DNA of 25,086 nucleotides, taken from positions 1-25,086 of IMG/VR virus record IMGVR_UViG_3300005764_000081; one strand, 5' to 3'. The notes below the pieces were generated by a model. The model searched no databases and was not told the DNA's origin. It saw only the letters and a program-made list of their open reading frames with translations. The DNA comes from a virus (lineage: Duplodnaviria; Caudoviricetes). How positions within the stretch are numbered: the first letter of the stretch is position 1; every line of letters starts with the position of its first letter. The position numbers and the translations under genes were made by a program. This document shows positions 6,516-14,409 of the stretch, piece by piece.

Positions 6516-7955
6516 ATGGCGAACATGCGAGCACTAATCGAGTTGAGGCTGAGCCGCGACACGGACGAAAGCACAAGCGTGGAACGGCAAGAGGAACAAA
6601 CAACGCTCACCGCTAAAATCCGCGGCGACCGGATAGTTAAGATCTGCCGTGACATTGACGTTTCCGGCGCAATCTCACCGTTCGACAGGGAAGACCTAGG
6701 CCCGTGGCTTACCGACCCAGTGAAAATAGATCAATGGGACGTTCTTATCGTCGCCAAACTCGACCGGCTTACACGGTCATTGTTTGACTTCGCTGACCTT
6801 GTGCGATGGATGGAAAAACACGGCAAATTCCTAATTAGCGTAGCTGAGTCCATTGACCTAACCAATGCAGGTGGCCGGATGATAGCCAACGTGTTTATTT
6901 CCTTCGCACAATTTGAGCGTGAGCGCACAAGCGAACGCCGGCGGGAAGCTTCGGAAAAACTACGTCGAAGCGGTAAATGGAACGGTGGCCGGGCACCTTA
7001 CGGGTACGCTTTGAAAGATGGAGGCGCCGGCCTGTTGTATCAAAATGACGACACGGGGCCAGTTATTAGGCGAATCGTCAACCTGATAATTGATGGCCAT
7101 TCGCGCCTTACCGTAGCGGAAATGCTAAACGAGGATGGCATACCCGCGCCACGCAACGCGAAAATGTGGCGTGTCCCGACAATATCCAAAATGCTTGGTT
7201 CGCGTTATCTCCGGGGCGAACTTCAATTTGAAGGGCGCACGGTGCGGGATGAAGATGGTAACCCTATCATGATAACGGATCAGCCGCTTATCACTGAGGG
7301 TGAATGGAATTTGCTTCAGCATGCCCTGACGCAAACGACATTCACACATAAGGGGACGCGGGAAACTGAGCATCTTTTGCTCAGGGTTGGGTTTTGTGGC
7401 GCGTGCGATAGCCCACTATATTACCAAAAGCACAATGGGCGCCCTTACGGTTATTACCGTTGCGCTCAGAATTGCGGACAACGCATGATCCGCGCATCAG
7501 CTCTTGAGGGTGTGGCCGAAGATTTCCTGTTGCGCGGTTACGGTGATGATGTAATTGAGCGTCGTAAGAGCACTGGCAAAAATTACGCTGCCGAGCTTGA
7601 GCTAGTGCAGCGTGAGATTGATGATTTGGAAGATCAATACTTGGCTCATTCACTGTCCGCTGAGCGGTTCGCGCGCATGACAACGAGACTTGAGGCACGG
7701 CAAAACGAGCTTGTCAACCTGTCGCGTCTCAGCGAAGGTGAGCAATGGGAAAGCACGGGCGAAACCGTCAGACAACGCTGGGAGCGGGCGAATAACGCCC
7801 GTGACCGACGCGCCATGCTCATGCGTCTGGGCGTGCGGTTCCGTCTTTACGACGTGTGCCACATTGACGGGCGCCAGGCCGGCCAGCATATCGAGAGTGA
7901 TTGGCTGCCCATGGCTGAGTCTCATGAGAGGCTAACCCGTCCGCTGTCTGTGTGA
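6516..7955 (+). CDS. int: Large serine recombinase (integrase)
   Basis: RLSRD catalytic Ser region, DIDVSG, AKLDRLTRS, FAQFERER, GGRAPYGY, Zn ribbon CGAC...C...C, coiled coil; ATG 6516 with GGAAGG RBS preferred over 6411. Confidence 0.97.
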   Translation: MANMRALIELRLSRDTDESTSVERQEEQTTLTAKIRGDRIVKICRDIDVSGAISPFDREDLGPWLTDPVKIDQWDVLIVAKLDRLTRSLFDFADLVRWMEKHGKFLISVAESIDLTNAGGRMIANVFISFAQFERERTSERRREASEKLRRSGKWNGGRAPYGYALKDGGAGLLYQNDDTGPVIRRIVNLIIDGHSRLTVAEMLNEDGIPAPRNAKMWRVPTISKMLGSRYLRGELQFEGRTVRDEDGNPIMITDQPLITEGEWNLLQHALTQTTFTHKGTRETEHLLLRVGFCGACDSPLYYQKHNGRPYGYYRCAQNCGQRMIRASALEGVAEDFLLRGYGDDVIERRKSTGKNYAAELELVQREIDDLEDQYLAHSLSAERFARMTTRLEARQNELVNLSRLSEGEQWESTGETVRQRWERANNARDRRAMLMRLGVRFRLYDVCHIDGRQAGQHIESDWLPMAESHERLTRPLSV

Positions 7956-7986
7956 CGTAGACCACACTGGACATGTGGCGAACGAT

Positions 7987-8015
7987 TTGACATGTGGGTA
8001 CCCACACTGTAGATT
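7987..8015 (+). promoter_or_regulatory. Sigma-70-type promoter with palindromic operator in the spacer
   Basis: TTGACA (7987-7992), 17 bp, TAGATT (8010-8015); TGTGGGTACCCACA at 7993-8006; ATG 8022 positioned for leaderless start. Confidence 0.8.
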
Positions 8016-8021
8016 GATCTC

Positions 8022-8204
8022 ATGACAACGACCTGTAGCCAGTGCCAGCAAATCTGCGAGAGTCTTGACCAGTACAGCGATTGCTGTAACGAGCCGGTTC
8101 GGGTGAGCTTCACCGGCCATGACAACTGCACGTGTTACAAGGGTCACAAGAACGACCTTGACAACATCACAACTTCAATCGCCAACTGTGCAGTCCACGG
8201 TTAA
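8022..8204 (+). CDS. Cys-rich small protein, probably leaderless
   Basis: 60 aa with 8 Cys; starts after a 6-nt gap from the -10 element. Confidence 0.65.
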   Translation: MTTTCSQCQQICESLDQYSDCCNEPVRVSFTGHDNCTCYKGHKNDLDNITTSIANCAVHG

Positions 8205-8250
8205 CCAACCATCCCCCACGGGGCCACCGGCCCCAGGAAGGAGGCTCACA

Positions 8251-8457
8251 ATGAGCCCCAAGGCTATCTGTCGCACTTGCGGGAACGGCATGTTCCACTG
8301 TGGGCTCGCTGGCGAGCCTTACTGGTGCGGGGCGTGCAACACTCGCACGCATGACCCGCGCTGGGTTTGCCCCAAGTGCGGGCGTGGCGTCGTGTCTGGC
8401 GACATTTGGCTAGACCCTGGCCTTGAGTGCCCGCCGGCGCCTAAGGCGCTCAGGTAG
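8251..8457 (+). CDS. Small Zn-finger protein
   Basis: AGGAAGGAGG RBS; three CxxC pairs (CRTC, CGAC, CPKC). Confidence 0.7.
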   Translation: MSPKAICRTCGNGMFHCGLAGEPYWCGACNTRTHDPRWVCPKCGRGVVSGDIWLDPGLECPPAPKALR

Positions 8458-8474
8458 GCGCTCAGGCGCTTGCG

Positions 8475-8501
8475 AGGCCCGGCCATCGTGCCGGGCTTTT
8501 T
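8475..8501 (+). terminator. Intrinsic terminator
   Basis: GCCCGGC-6 nt-GCCGGGC followed by TTTTT. Confidence 0.75.
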
Positions 8502-8554
8502 GCGTGTGAGGGACGCCACAAAAAAAGTTCAAGATTCTTTCGAAAACTGGCCCG

Positions 8555-8579
8555 TGTGGGTACCCACAACTGATACACT
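8555..8579 (+). promoter_or_regulatory. Second operator copy with extended -10 promoter
   Basis: TGTGGGTACCCACA at 8555-8568; TGaTACACT at 8571-8579; A-tract upstream. Confidence 0.7.
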
Positions 8580-8618
8580 CAAAGTGTAAGACAGCGAGGG
8601 ACAAGGGAGAGAGGGAAG

Positions 8619-9026
8619 ATGTACCGGATTAGCGAGGACATGATGAGGGACATTGCGCGCGACCGTAGCGATGGCGCAAGCTGGGCCTTCCTGAGCAACA
8701 TGTATGGGATCCCGCCTCAGTCGCTCAAGCGGGCGTATGTCCGTAAGAGCCAAGAGGTTTACGGAGACTGGCGCGCAACGAGCGTCACCAAGAACGACCA
8801 AGGTGACGTTACCAACGTTTACCGGGGCACCGTTGAAGGCGTGCGCCTGGCGGTTACGCACCACTCAGCGCATCGTGGCGGTTGCCTCTACATCGGCTCA
8901 GTCACCGTGATGAACCAAGACGTTGGCGCAACCTTCACCTTCAACTCAACGGCAGCCCCGGGCGAAATTAGCATCACCGGCGCGCGGGCCTACGCCATCA
9001 AGCACTTTGACAAGGTGGCTGGCTGA
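8619..9026 (+). CDS. Hypothetical protein with N-terminal HTH-like segment
   Basis: Purine-rich RBS; GASWAFLSNMYGIPPQSLKRAY resembles an HTH. Confidence 0.7.
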   Translation: MYRISEDMMRDIARDRSDGASWAFLSNMYGIPPQSLKRAYVRKSQEVYGDWRATSVTKNDQGDVTNVYRGTVEGVRLAVTHHSAHRGGCLYIGSVTVMNQDVGATFTFNSTAAPGEISITGARAYAIKHFDKVAG

Positions 9027-9098
9027 GCGTTGACCGTTGGCCCGCTTCGGCGAGCCAGCGGTGAGCACTCAAGCTCACCACGAAGGGAGGCGAAAAAG

Positions 9099-9281
9099 AT
9101 GGCCAGGGTCACGGCTTACCGTGGTTACATGGTGATGAGCCTTGCGCAAGACTTGCGCGCCCAGCTTGACCCTGCCATCTTCAACCGGCTCATACACGAA
9201 GGTCCGCAAACTAACGCGGAGGCTGAGGATATTATCAGTCAGCTCGTGCAACTCAAGGAATCAATCAAGGAAGGTGCCTGA
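9099..9281 (+). CDS. Small hypothetical protein
   Basis: AAGGGAGG RBS, ATG 9099. Confidence 0.7.
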   Translation: MARVTAYRGYMVMSLAQDLRAQLDPAIFNRLIHEGPQTNAEAEDIISQLVQLKESIKEGA

Positions 9282-9282
9282 C

Positions 9283-10053
9283 ATGGCAGACAAAAACCCG
9301 CAAACTGATTACCCGTTCATCGTGGCCTATCAAAAGTGGATGGGAGCTAACGAGTGGTATATCAGCCAACAGGTTAAGCGGGCGCGGGAGACTGGCGCAC
9401 CCGCCAACGCAACAAGCTGGGACTCAGACAGGGGCGCATGGCGCACGACTGACGGCATCCTCAACCCTCAACTCAGGGCTTACCTTGAGCTTCCTGACAC
9501 GCCCGAAGTTGTGGCGGGTCAACTGGCCAGCGACCTTAACTCCGCTTACCTGGCTCTTATCCGCATCAGGGCACGCCTTGTCAAGCTCGCTGAGCCTGGC
9601 AACGAGGTCGGCAACGAGGCGCTTAAGGATGGCAGGGTGTGTGAGGCCATCGCGGGAGTCAAGGAAGTTGCCTCAACGCTCTATGAGGCGCTTACGCCCA
9701 TGGCGGGCAGCGAGGATGACCCTTACAACCCGCTTCACGAGGTTGGGTTTGGTGATGGCGGTTACATCATCCAAAACCTTGCCGGCAATTACACGGTCAC
9801 GTTCTATGGCGAGTCGGATCCGCAAAGCGAAGGGATTGACTGGCCAACCGCTGTCAAGGTGCTAGCTGCCCGCATAACCGAATTCCACAACGCGCCCGGG
9901 TACCGTGATGTTATCGTGCCTTGCTGGCGCTTCAACGCGGACACGGGTGAGGAAACCCCGTTCACCGTGCATGATCTCATGGCGGTTTACAGTCGCAACG
10001 AGTTGGCGACCGCCCTGGCTTACAAGCAAGCACACGCGAAGGAAGGCAACTGA
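9283..10053 (+). CDS. Hypothetical protein
   Basis: ATG 9283 after AAGGAAGG RBS; 256 aa; no recognised domain. Confidence 0.8.
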   Translation: MADKNPQTDYPFIVAYQKWMGANEWYISQQVKRARETGAPANATSWDSDRGAWRTTDGILNPQLRAYLELPDTPEVVAGQLASDLNSAYLALIRIRARLVKLAEPGNEVGNEALKDGRVCEAIAGVKEVASTLYEALTPMAGSEDDPYNPLHEVGFGDGGYIIQNLAGNYTVTFYGESDPQSEGIDWPTAVKVLAARITEFHNAPGYRDVIVPCWRFNADTGEETPFTVHDLMAVYSRNELATALAYKQAHAKEGN

Positions 10054-10054
10054 C

Positions 10055-10294
10055 ATGTTCAAATATCTCAGCAGGTTCTATGACCACGGCCGGCGGTTCG
10101 TTAACCTGTCAGTCAAAAAACAAGACGAGCTGATCGCTGCGCACGCGCGGGCCAGTTACGTTGATGGCGTAGTCACGTTCACAGTACCTGGCCAGGAACC
10201 GACCGTGCTAGCGGTCAACAAACACGTTCACCGTAAGGCTATCGTCGCTTGGGTTGATGACTTCAACCAGCGTGCAACGAAGGAAGGCGCCTGA
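10055..10294 (+). CDS. Hypothetical protein
   Basis: ATG 10055 after AAGGAAGG RBS. Confidence 0.75.
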   Translation: MFKYLSRFYDHGRRFVNLSVKKQDELIAAHARASYVDGVVTFTVPGQEPTVLAVNKHVHRKAIVAWVDDFNQRATKEGA

Positions 10295-10295
10295 C

Positions 10296-10838
10296 ATGGC
10301 CGAACGCATGCGCAAACTCACGGCAATAACCGTGCCCGCGCTAATATTCGCCGTCACAGGATGCAACGCCCCAAACGCTAACGCTGCCCCGCCAGCGTCC
10401 ACCTGCGGTTACTGGCGTGACGGCAGCACGCTTAAAGGCGGTGCTCTCTCTGCCTATCCTGGTAAGACGCCTAAGGATGGCACTAAGGCCACCGTTCAAG
10501 GCAAGGGCGCATGGAAAGTATGCATCAGCGTCAGCGATCAAACAATTTGGCTCAAGTCGGCGCCGGGCCTATTCCTGCAAAATGTTGGTGGCGTGGCCAA
10601 ATGGAAAAACGCCAGCGGGTCACTTTGGCAGGCGTGGACATTCCACGAGAGACACACCCAGCAAGGCGGTTGGCGTGTCAACAACCGCGCAATAGACACA
10701 GTGGACTTGTGCGCCGCCGGCGGCGCTGGCAGTGAAGTTGACCTGACCACATGGTCGACGTGTGGCAGCAAGGCCCGTGAAACGTGGGGTTGGACTAGCC
10801 AGCCTGACAGCCCGCTTATGACTGGTCGCCGGCCATGA
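10296..10838 (+). CDS. Exported protein / lipoprotein, possible beta-trefoil (ricin B-like) domain
   Basis: Basic N-terminus, hydrophobic core, lipobox-like VTGC (or ANA-A signal peptidase I site); QAW and ETW motifs and paired Cys. Confidence 0.65.
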   Translation: MAERMRKLTAITVPALIFAVTGCNAPNANAAPPASTCGYWRDGSTLKGGALSAYPGKTPKDGTKATVQGKGAWKVCISVSDQTIWLKSAPGLFLQNVGGVAKWKNASGSLWQAWTFHERHTQQGGWRVNNRAIDTVDLCAAGGAGSEVDLTTWSTCGSKARETWGWTSQPDSPLMTGRRP

Positions 10839-11059
10839 CTGACAGGCACCTTAGCCCGCAACTCAAGGTGAGGTTCACCCCTGACCTTGACGAGCGGATC
10901 CGTGAGGACGCTGAGCGCCAGGGCGTGACGCTCACGCAATGGCTCAGCGAGGCAGCGGAAGCCCGCCTCAACGCGCCTGAGCGTCCCTCAGCGGGCACGG
11001 GTGCCGGCGCAACCGGGCGCGGGCGTTCGCCCGCCAGCGTCACGCCTGGCGCGCCCTAA
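10835..11059 (+). CDS. Ribbon-helix-helix (Arc/CopG-like) DNA-binding protein
   Basis: PQLKVRFTPDLDERIREDAERQGVTLTQWLSEA matches the RHH strand-helix-helix pattern; ATGA overlap. Confidence 0.8.
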   Translation: MTDRHLSPQLKVRFTPDLDERIREDAERQGVTLTQWLSEAAEARLNAPERPSAGTGAGATGRGRSPASVTPGAP

Positions 11060-11071
11060 GGGGGCGCAAAG

Positions 11072-11103
11072 CGAAGGCCCGCCGGTCAGCCGGCGGGCCT
11101 TCG
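11072..11103. terminator. Bidirectional terminator between convergent operons
   Basis: Perfect 14-bp stem CGAAGGCCCGCCGG-TCAG-CCGGCGGGCCTTCG with short T-rich tails on both strands. Confidence 0.8.
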
Positions 11104-11119
11104 TGTTTCCCGGGGCTTG

Positions 11120-11707
11120 TCAGGCGTGCGCCGCCTCGTATCGCGTCACGACAGCACGCGGGATAATCCCGTTGGCGTTCACCTTGATGCCCGCGCCTTT
11201 GGCCCACTCACGGATCCTCTTGTTGCGCGCCTTCGGTGTGTCAGCCTCACCCGCTGGCGCTTGACCCGCTGGCGACTCAACCACGGTTAGCGCTGGCGCC
11301 GGCTCACGGAAGCTCGCCGGCGCGGGCGTGTTGACCCGGTCGTTGCCCGCGCTTGTGTGGCGGGCCTCATAGGCTGCGATGATGCTGCCAGGTATGCGCC
11401 CGCGCTCATTGACGGGTGGCAAGTCAGACTGACCGGCAGCCCATTGCCTCACGCGGGTGCTGTAGGCCCGGTCAGCCGGCGTGCGCCCGCCTCCCTTGTG
11501 AGCCTTGCTCGCCCATTGGACAGTCGCACGCCTGGCACTGGCCAGGTAGGGCGTTAGCCCTTCCTTGAGCGCCTGAGCGTCACTGTCGCATAGGTCGAGC
11601 TCGTAGCTGCCTCCCTCGTACCCGAACGCCACCGTGCCTGTTGCCTCATGCTCGCCATCGTCGTGTGGCAAGTCACACAACAGTGTTACTTCTACTCGCT
11701 TAGCCAT
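11120..11707 (-). CDS. lsr2: Lsr2-family nucleoid-associated protein with duplicated C-terminal DNA-binding domain
   Basis: N-terminal MAKRVEVTLLCD...TVAFGYEGGSYELDL; DBD1 VRQWA...VNERGRIP; DBD2 IREWAK...VNANGIIP. Confidence 0.92.
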   Translation of the reverse strand: MAKRVEVTLLCDLPHDDGEHEATGTVAFGYEGGSYELDLCDSDAQALKEGLTPYLASARRATVQWASKAHKGGGRTPADRAYSTRVRQWAAGQSDLPPVNERGRIPGSIIAAYEARHTSAGNDRVNTPAPASFREPAPALTVVESPAGQAPAGEADTPKARNKRIREWAKGAGIKVNANGIIPRAVVTRYEAAHA

Positions 11708-11743
11708 CCCGCATCCCTTCGCTTGTCCTGGCTGGCTTGGCTT

Positions 11744-12151
11744 TTACGAGGCAGTGTAACGCTCTACGGTCGGCGCGCAAGTGGCGAACCACGCGGATAA
11801 CAGGTAAGCATGCGCGGGCGCCCGTGTGTCGCTGGCCTCCGTGGCGCTGCCTGGCGTCAAGTCGTACAACCCCAGCAACGCGGCGGAAGCCAGCGAGTAC
11901 GCCCCAGCGGACTTGTCCAACGTGGCTGCCAGGTCAGGCACGGGCAACACGAGCAACGTTGACATGAGTGTTGCTATCACATACGACACGCACGCCAAGT
12001 GTTTATCAGGCAGGTCGTCAAGGGTGATTTTGAGCCCTTTGATTACCTGGCGGGCCTCGTCATGCTTGGCGAACCTGTCACCCTCAGGCCGGCCAGCGGT
12101 CATTTCGCTAAAGTGCCTGAGTGTTTGCATGGCCTCAACGGGCAAACTCAT
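11744..12151 (-). CDS. Hypothetical protein
   Basis: 135-aa ORF with GGGAG RBS. Confidence 0.7.
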   Translation of the reverse strand: MSLPVEAMQTLRHFSEMTAGRPEGDRFAKHDEARQVIKGLKITLDDLPDKHLACVSYVIATLMSTLLVLPVPDLAATLDKSAGAYSLASAALLGLYDLTPGSATEASDTRAPAHAYLLSAWFATCAPTVERYTAS

Positions 12152-12314
12152 TTACCCAACTCCCTAGCTTGTGCTGGCAATCGCACTTGCCATCACAGTT
12201 GCCATGTTCGCCAATGGCCATGCTTTGCATCAACGCCTTGCCTACCGTTTGCCGGTCAGGGTCATTACAAATAGCATTCAGCTCACCGGCCCTGAGACAA
12301 CTTTTACAAATCAT
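12135..12314 (-). CDS. Small Cys/His-rich phage protein (59 aa; absent from ORF track)
   Basis: AGGGAG RBS; MICKSC...HGNCDGKCDCQH, a pattern common in actinophage small proteins. Confidence 0.7.
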   Translation of the reverse strand: MICKSCLRAGELNAICNDPDRQTVGKALMQSMAIGEHGNCDGKCDCQHKLGSWVNEFAR

Positions 12315-12324
12315 GGGACTCCCT

Positions 12325-13050
12325 TTAATTTCTCAAAAGCTCGTAAGCGTATCCTTGCACGTTAAACATGAGCGCCATCAACGACTCAACCGGGTCAATA
12401 ACATCACAATCGTAGCCGCGGTGATACTTCCAAACCTGCATAAAGTGACGCCACATTGATTTGGCGTAAACGTCATACGGTATCCCCTTTTGCCAGTCGT
12501 CGCCATCACGCAAGGTTCCGTCATTGCGCTCCCTGTGCTTGTGCATATAGGCGGCGAACGCTTCCAACACGATTGGGCTTAGGAACGCTTCAAAGTCGTA
12601 TTTGCCTTGCTCCGTGTCACGAGTCGCACCACTGGCAAACGTGCGGACGCCACCCGCAACCGGCTCAAACGGGTGAAACCGCCAGCCATCCTCCGTGTTG
12701 CCCGCTGCCCGCATAATGTCAAGCCCGCACGCCTGAGCAACCTTAAGCTCAAGGTTCGCCCCTTCGGATTCTTCCCAAAGGGGCAGCAAGACAATAACGT
12801 CACTTTTGACAACTTGTGAAAGGTCTTTCCGCATGTATTTGTCAAGTGACAATGACGTGTCACCGTTGAAGTTGCGGGCAGGGTTGATAATCTTAAACCC
12901 TTCGTCAGCGAGCAAAGGCCAACGGCCGGCGTCAACCTCGGTCCTAATCCAACGGGATAGCGCATCCTCGGCTGAGCGGAACGCGGGATGGTTGTAATCT
13001 TCGTAACCGCGCATCGGCCCAGACAAATAATAAGTTATCATTCCGGCCAA
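12325..13050 (-). CDS. Fusion: DUF4406 (nucleoside deoxyribosyltransferase-like) + dATP/dGTP diphosphohydrolase-like domain
   Basis: N-terminal YLSGPMRG...INPA...WEESEGANLE; C-terminal FASGATRD..GKYD...DWQKGIP...SMWRH. Confidence 0.8.
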   Translation of the reverse strand: MAGMITYYLSGPMRGYEDYNHPAFRSAEDALSRWIRTEVDAGRWPLLADEGFKIINPARNFNGDTSLSLDKYMRKDLSQVVKSDVIVLLPLWEESEGANLELKVAQACGLDIMRAAGNTEDGWRFHPFEPVAGGVRTFASGATRDTEQGKYDFEAFLSPIVLEAFAAYMHKHRERNDGTLRDGDDWQKGIPYDVYAKSMWRHFMQVWKYHRGYDCDVIDPVESLMALMFNVQGYAYELLRN

Positions 13051-13301
13051 ATCCCATTAGCAATGCTCCATTCATCCTCACGCCGCTTCCGGCTTTTACG
13101 CCCGGTCAACGGGTCATGCAATGCATGCTTACGCCTTCGCTTGCGCCCGCTTTTCTTTTTGCGCAACGGGTCACGGGCAAAAGGGCGCTCATCCTCGTGC
13201 GCCGGCAACGTCTCACCTTCGTAAGTGAAACGGCCGCGCAACACGCACGAAGGATCCCCATACCACAACGCCCCGCGCCCTGACCCGCCAGCGTGCCTCA
13301 T
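13038..13301 (-). CDS. Basic hypothetical protein
   Basis: ATGA overlap; Lys/Arg-rich C-terminus. Confidence 0.6.
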   Translation of the reverse strand: MRHAGGSGRGALWYGDPSCVLRGRFTYEGETLPAHEDERPFARDPLRKKKSGRKRRRKHALHDPLTGRKSRKRREDEWSIANGIWPE

Positions 13302-13483
13302 AGCGTCTCAGCCCACTTGGTCGCGTAGACCGCACGCATCATCACTACGGAGGCCGGCTCGGCTTGCGCTGCCTCCCGGGCCTCGTCAACGTCAGGCCAA
13401 ACCCAAATCGTGCCTTCACTGTCCCTCGTGGCAAACTCGTAACGCATCCAATCCAAAGGCTGCCCGTTAACCTTAATCATCAC
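13298..13483 (-). CDS. Small hypothetical protein
   Basis: 61 aa, coupled to both neighbours. Confidence 0.65.
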   Translation of the reverse strand: MMIKVNGQPLDWMRYEFATRDSEGTIWVWPDVDEAREAAQAEPASVVMMRAVYATKWAETL

Positions 13484-14195
13484 TGAAATCCCTTATCTGA
13501 TTTGTCAGCACGTCACCCCTGCCGGCAGCCACAAGCGAGGCCACGTCCTCACCCTCAGGCGCGTAAATGATCTGCGCCCGCCAGCCCACGGTTTGCGCCA
13601 CACGCCTGGCTAGCACTTCCCCTGGCCTGACCGGGTTAGGGCAGTCGAGCTTGCACCGTGGCGAGCACTGGCAACGCGGCGTGTCCCCATCGGCGAACAC
13701 AAGCACACGCCCAAAATCTTTAAACACGGGTGCCCACGTTTCGGCGTTCGCCTGCCAATGGTCAACGCCAGGCACGCCCATGGCCGGGATATGCAACCCT
13801 TCCGTTGCCGCTATCGCGTCAATCTCACCCTCACAAATCCCAATTTGATCGGTTGCATTAGCAAAGGCCAGGACGTTAAACAACCGCGGCTTTTGCCCTT
13901 CGTGCTGGCCGTACTTAGGCCCGCGCCCAACAAGACGCCTAAACTTCAACGCCTTAACTCCAGCGGGCGTGAGGTACGGGATAGCCAGCATGCCCGTAAA
14001 ACGCTCGTCACCCTTCAACGGTGACGACACAAACCCAAGCCGGTACGCCTCCCAAATGCCACGGTTAAGAATCCCGTGCTTACTCAAATAGGCGCTCACT
14101 GGCTGTCTTTCGTCTTCCTTTAGCTTCAACAGTTGTGTGTGATATGTCCGTGCCGCTCGCGCCAAGTACCGTTCTTGCAAAGTCGACCGCGCCAC
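13473..14195 (-). CDS. DNA primase, TOPRIM subunit
   Basis: LAIPY...KFR, ICEGEIDA, GVPG, FADGD, GEDV; start GTG 14195 or TTG 14213. Confidence 0.9.
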   Translation of the reverse strand: MARSTLQERYLARAARTYHTQLLKLKEDERQPVSAYLSKHGILNRGIWEAYRLGFVSSPLKGDERFTGMLAIPYLTPAGVKALKFRRLVGRGPKYGQHEGQKPRLFNVLAFANATDQIGICEGEIDAIAATEGLHIPAMGVPGVDHWQANAETWAPVFKDFGRVLVFADGDTPRCQCSPRCKLDCPNPVRPGEVLARRVAQTVGWRAQIIYAPEGEDVASLVAAGRGDVLTNQIRDFSDD

Positions 14196-14409
14196 GATAA
14201 CCCAAACCCTCAACCTTCCTTATCAAGCTGATGCCGTCCCCTGACATGTCGCATGCGTGGCATTTGAACGCGCCAAGCTCAACGTTGACACTCGCTGACG
14301 CGACCTTGTCCTCGTGGAAAGGGCATTTGACGGGGCGCCATCCGGTTGGGCTGACCCTTGCGAGGTTTGCCCCGTAATGCGTCAAAATCTCAGCAATGTC
14401 AAGAGCCAT
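14080..14409 (-). CDS. DNA primase, CHC2 zinc-binding subunit
   Basis: CPFHED...ASV...FKCHAC...GDGISLI; ATG 14409. Confidence 0.9.
   Translation of the reverse strand: MALDIAEILTHYGANLARVSPTGWRPVKCPFHEDKVASASVNVELGAFKCHACDMSGDGISLIRKVEGLGYRGAVDFARTVLGASGTDISHTTVEAKGRRKTASERLFE

Noticed and set aside
12171-12365. Plus-strand ORF resembling a signal peptide protein
   Set aside because: Antisense to a better-supported minus-strand Cys-rich gene (12135-12314) with an RBS inside the leftward operon
12325-13050. Z-base (2-aminoadenine) genome pathway
   Set aside because: No PurZ or dedicated DNA polymerase is visible in the window; the diphosphohydrolase-like domain alone is insufficient
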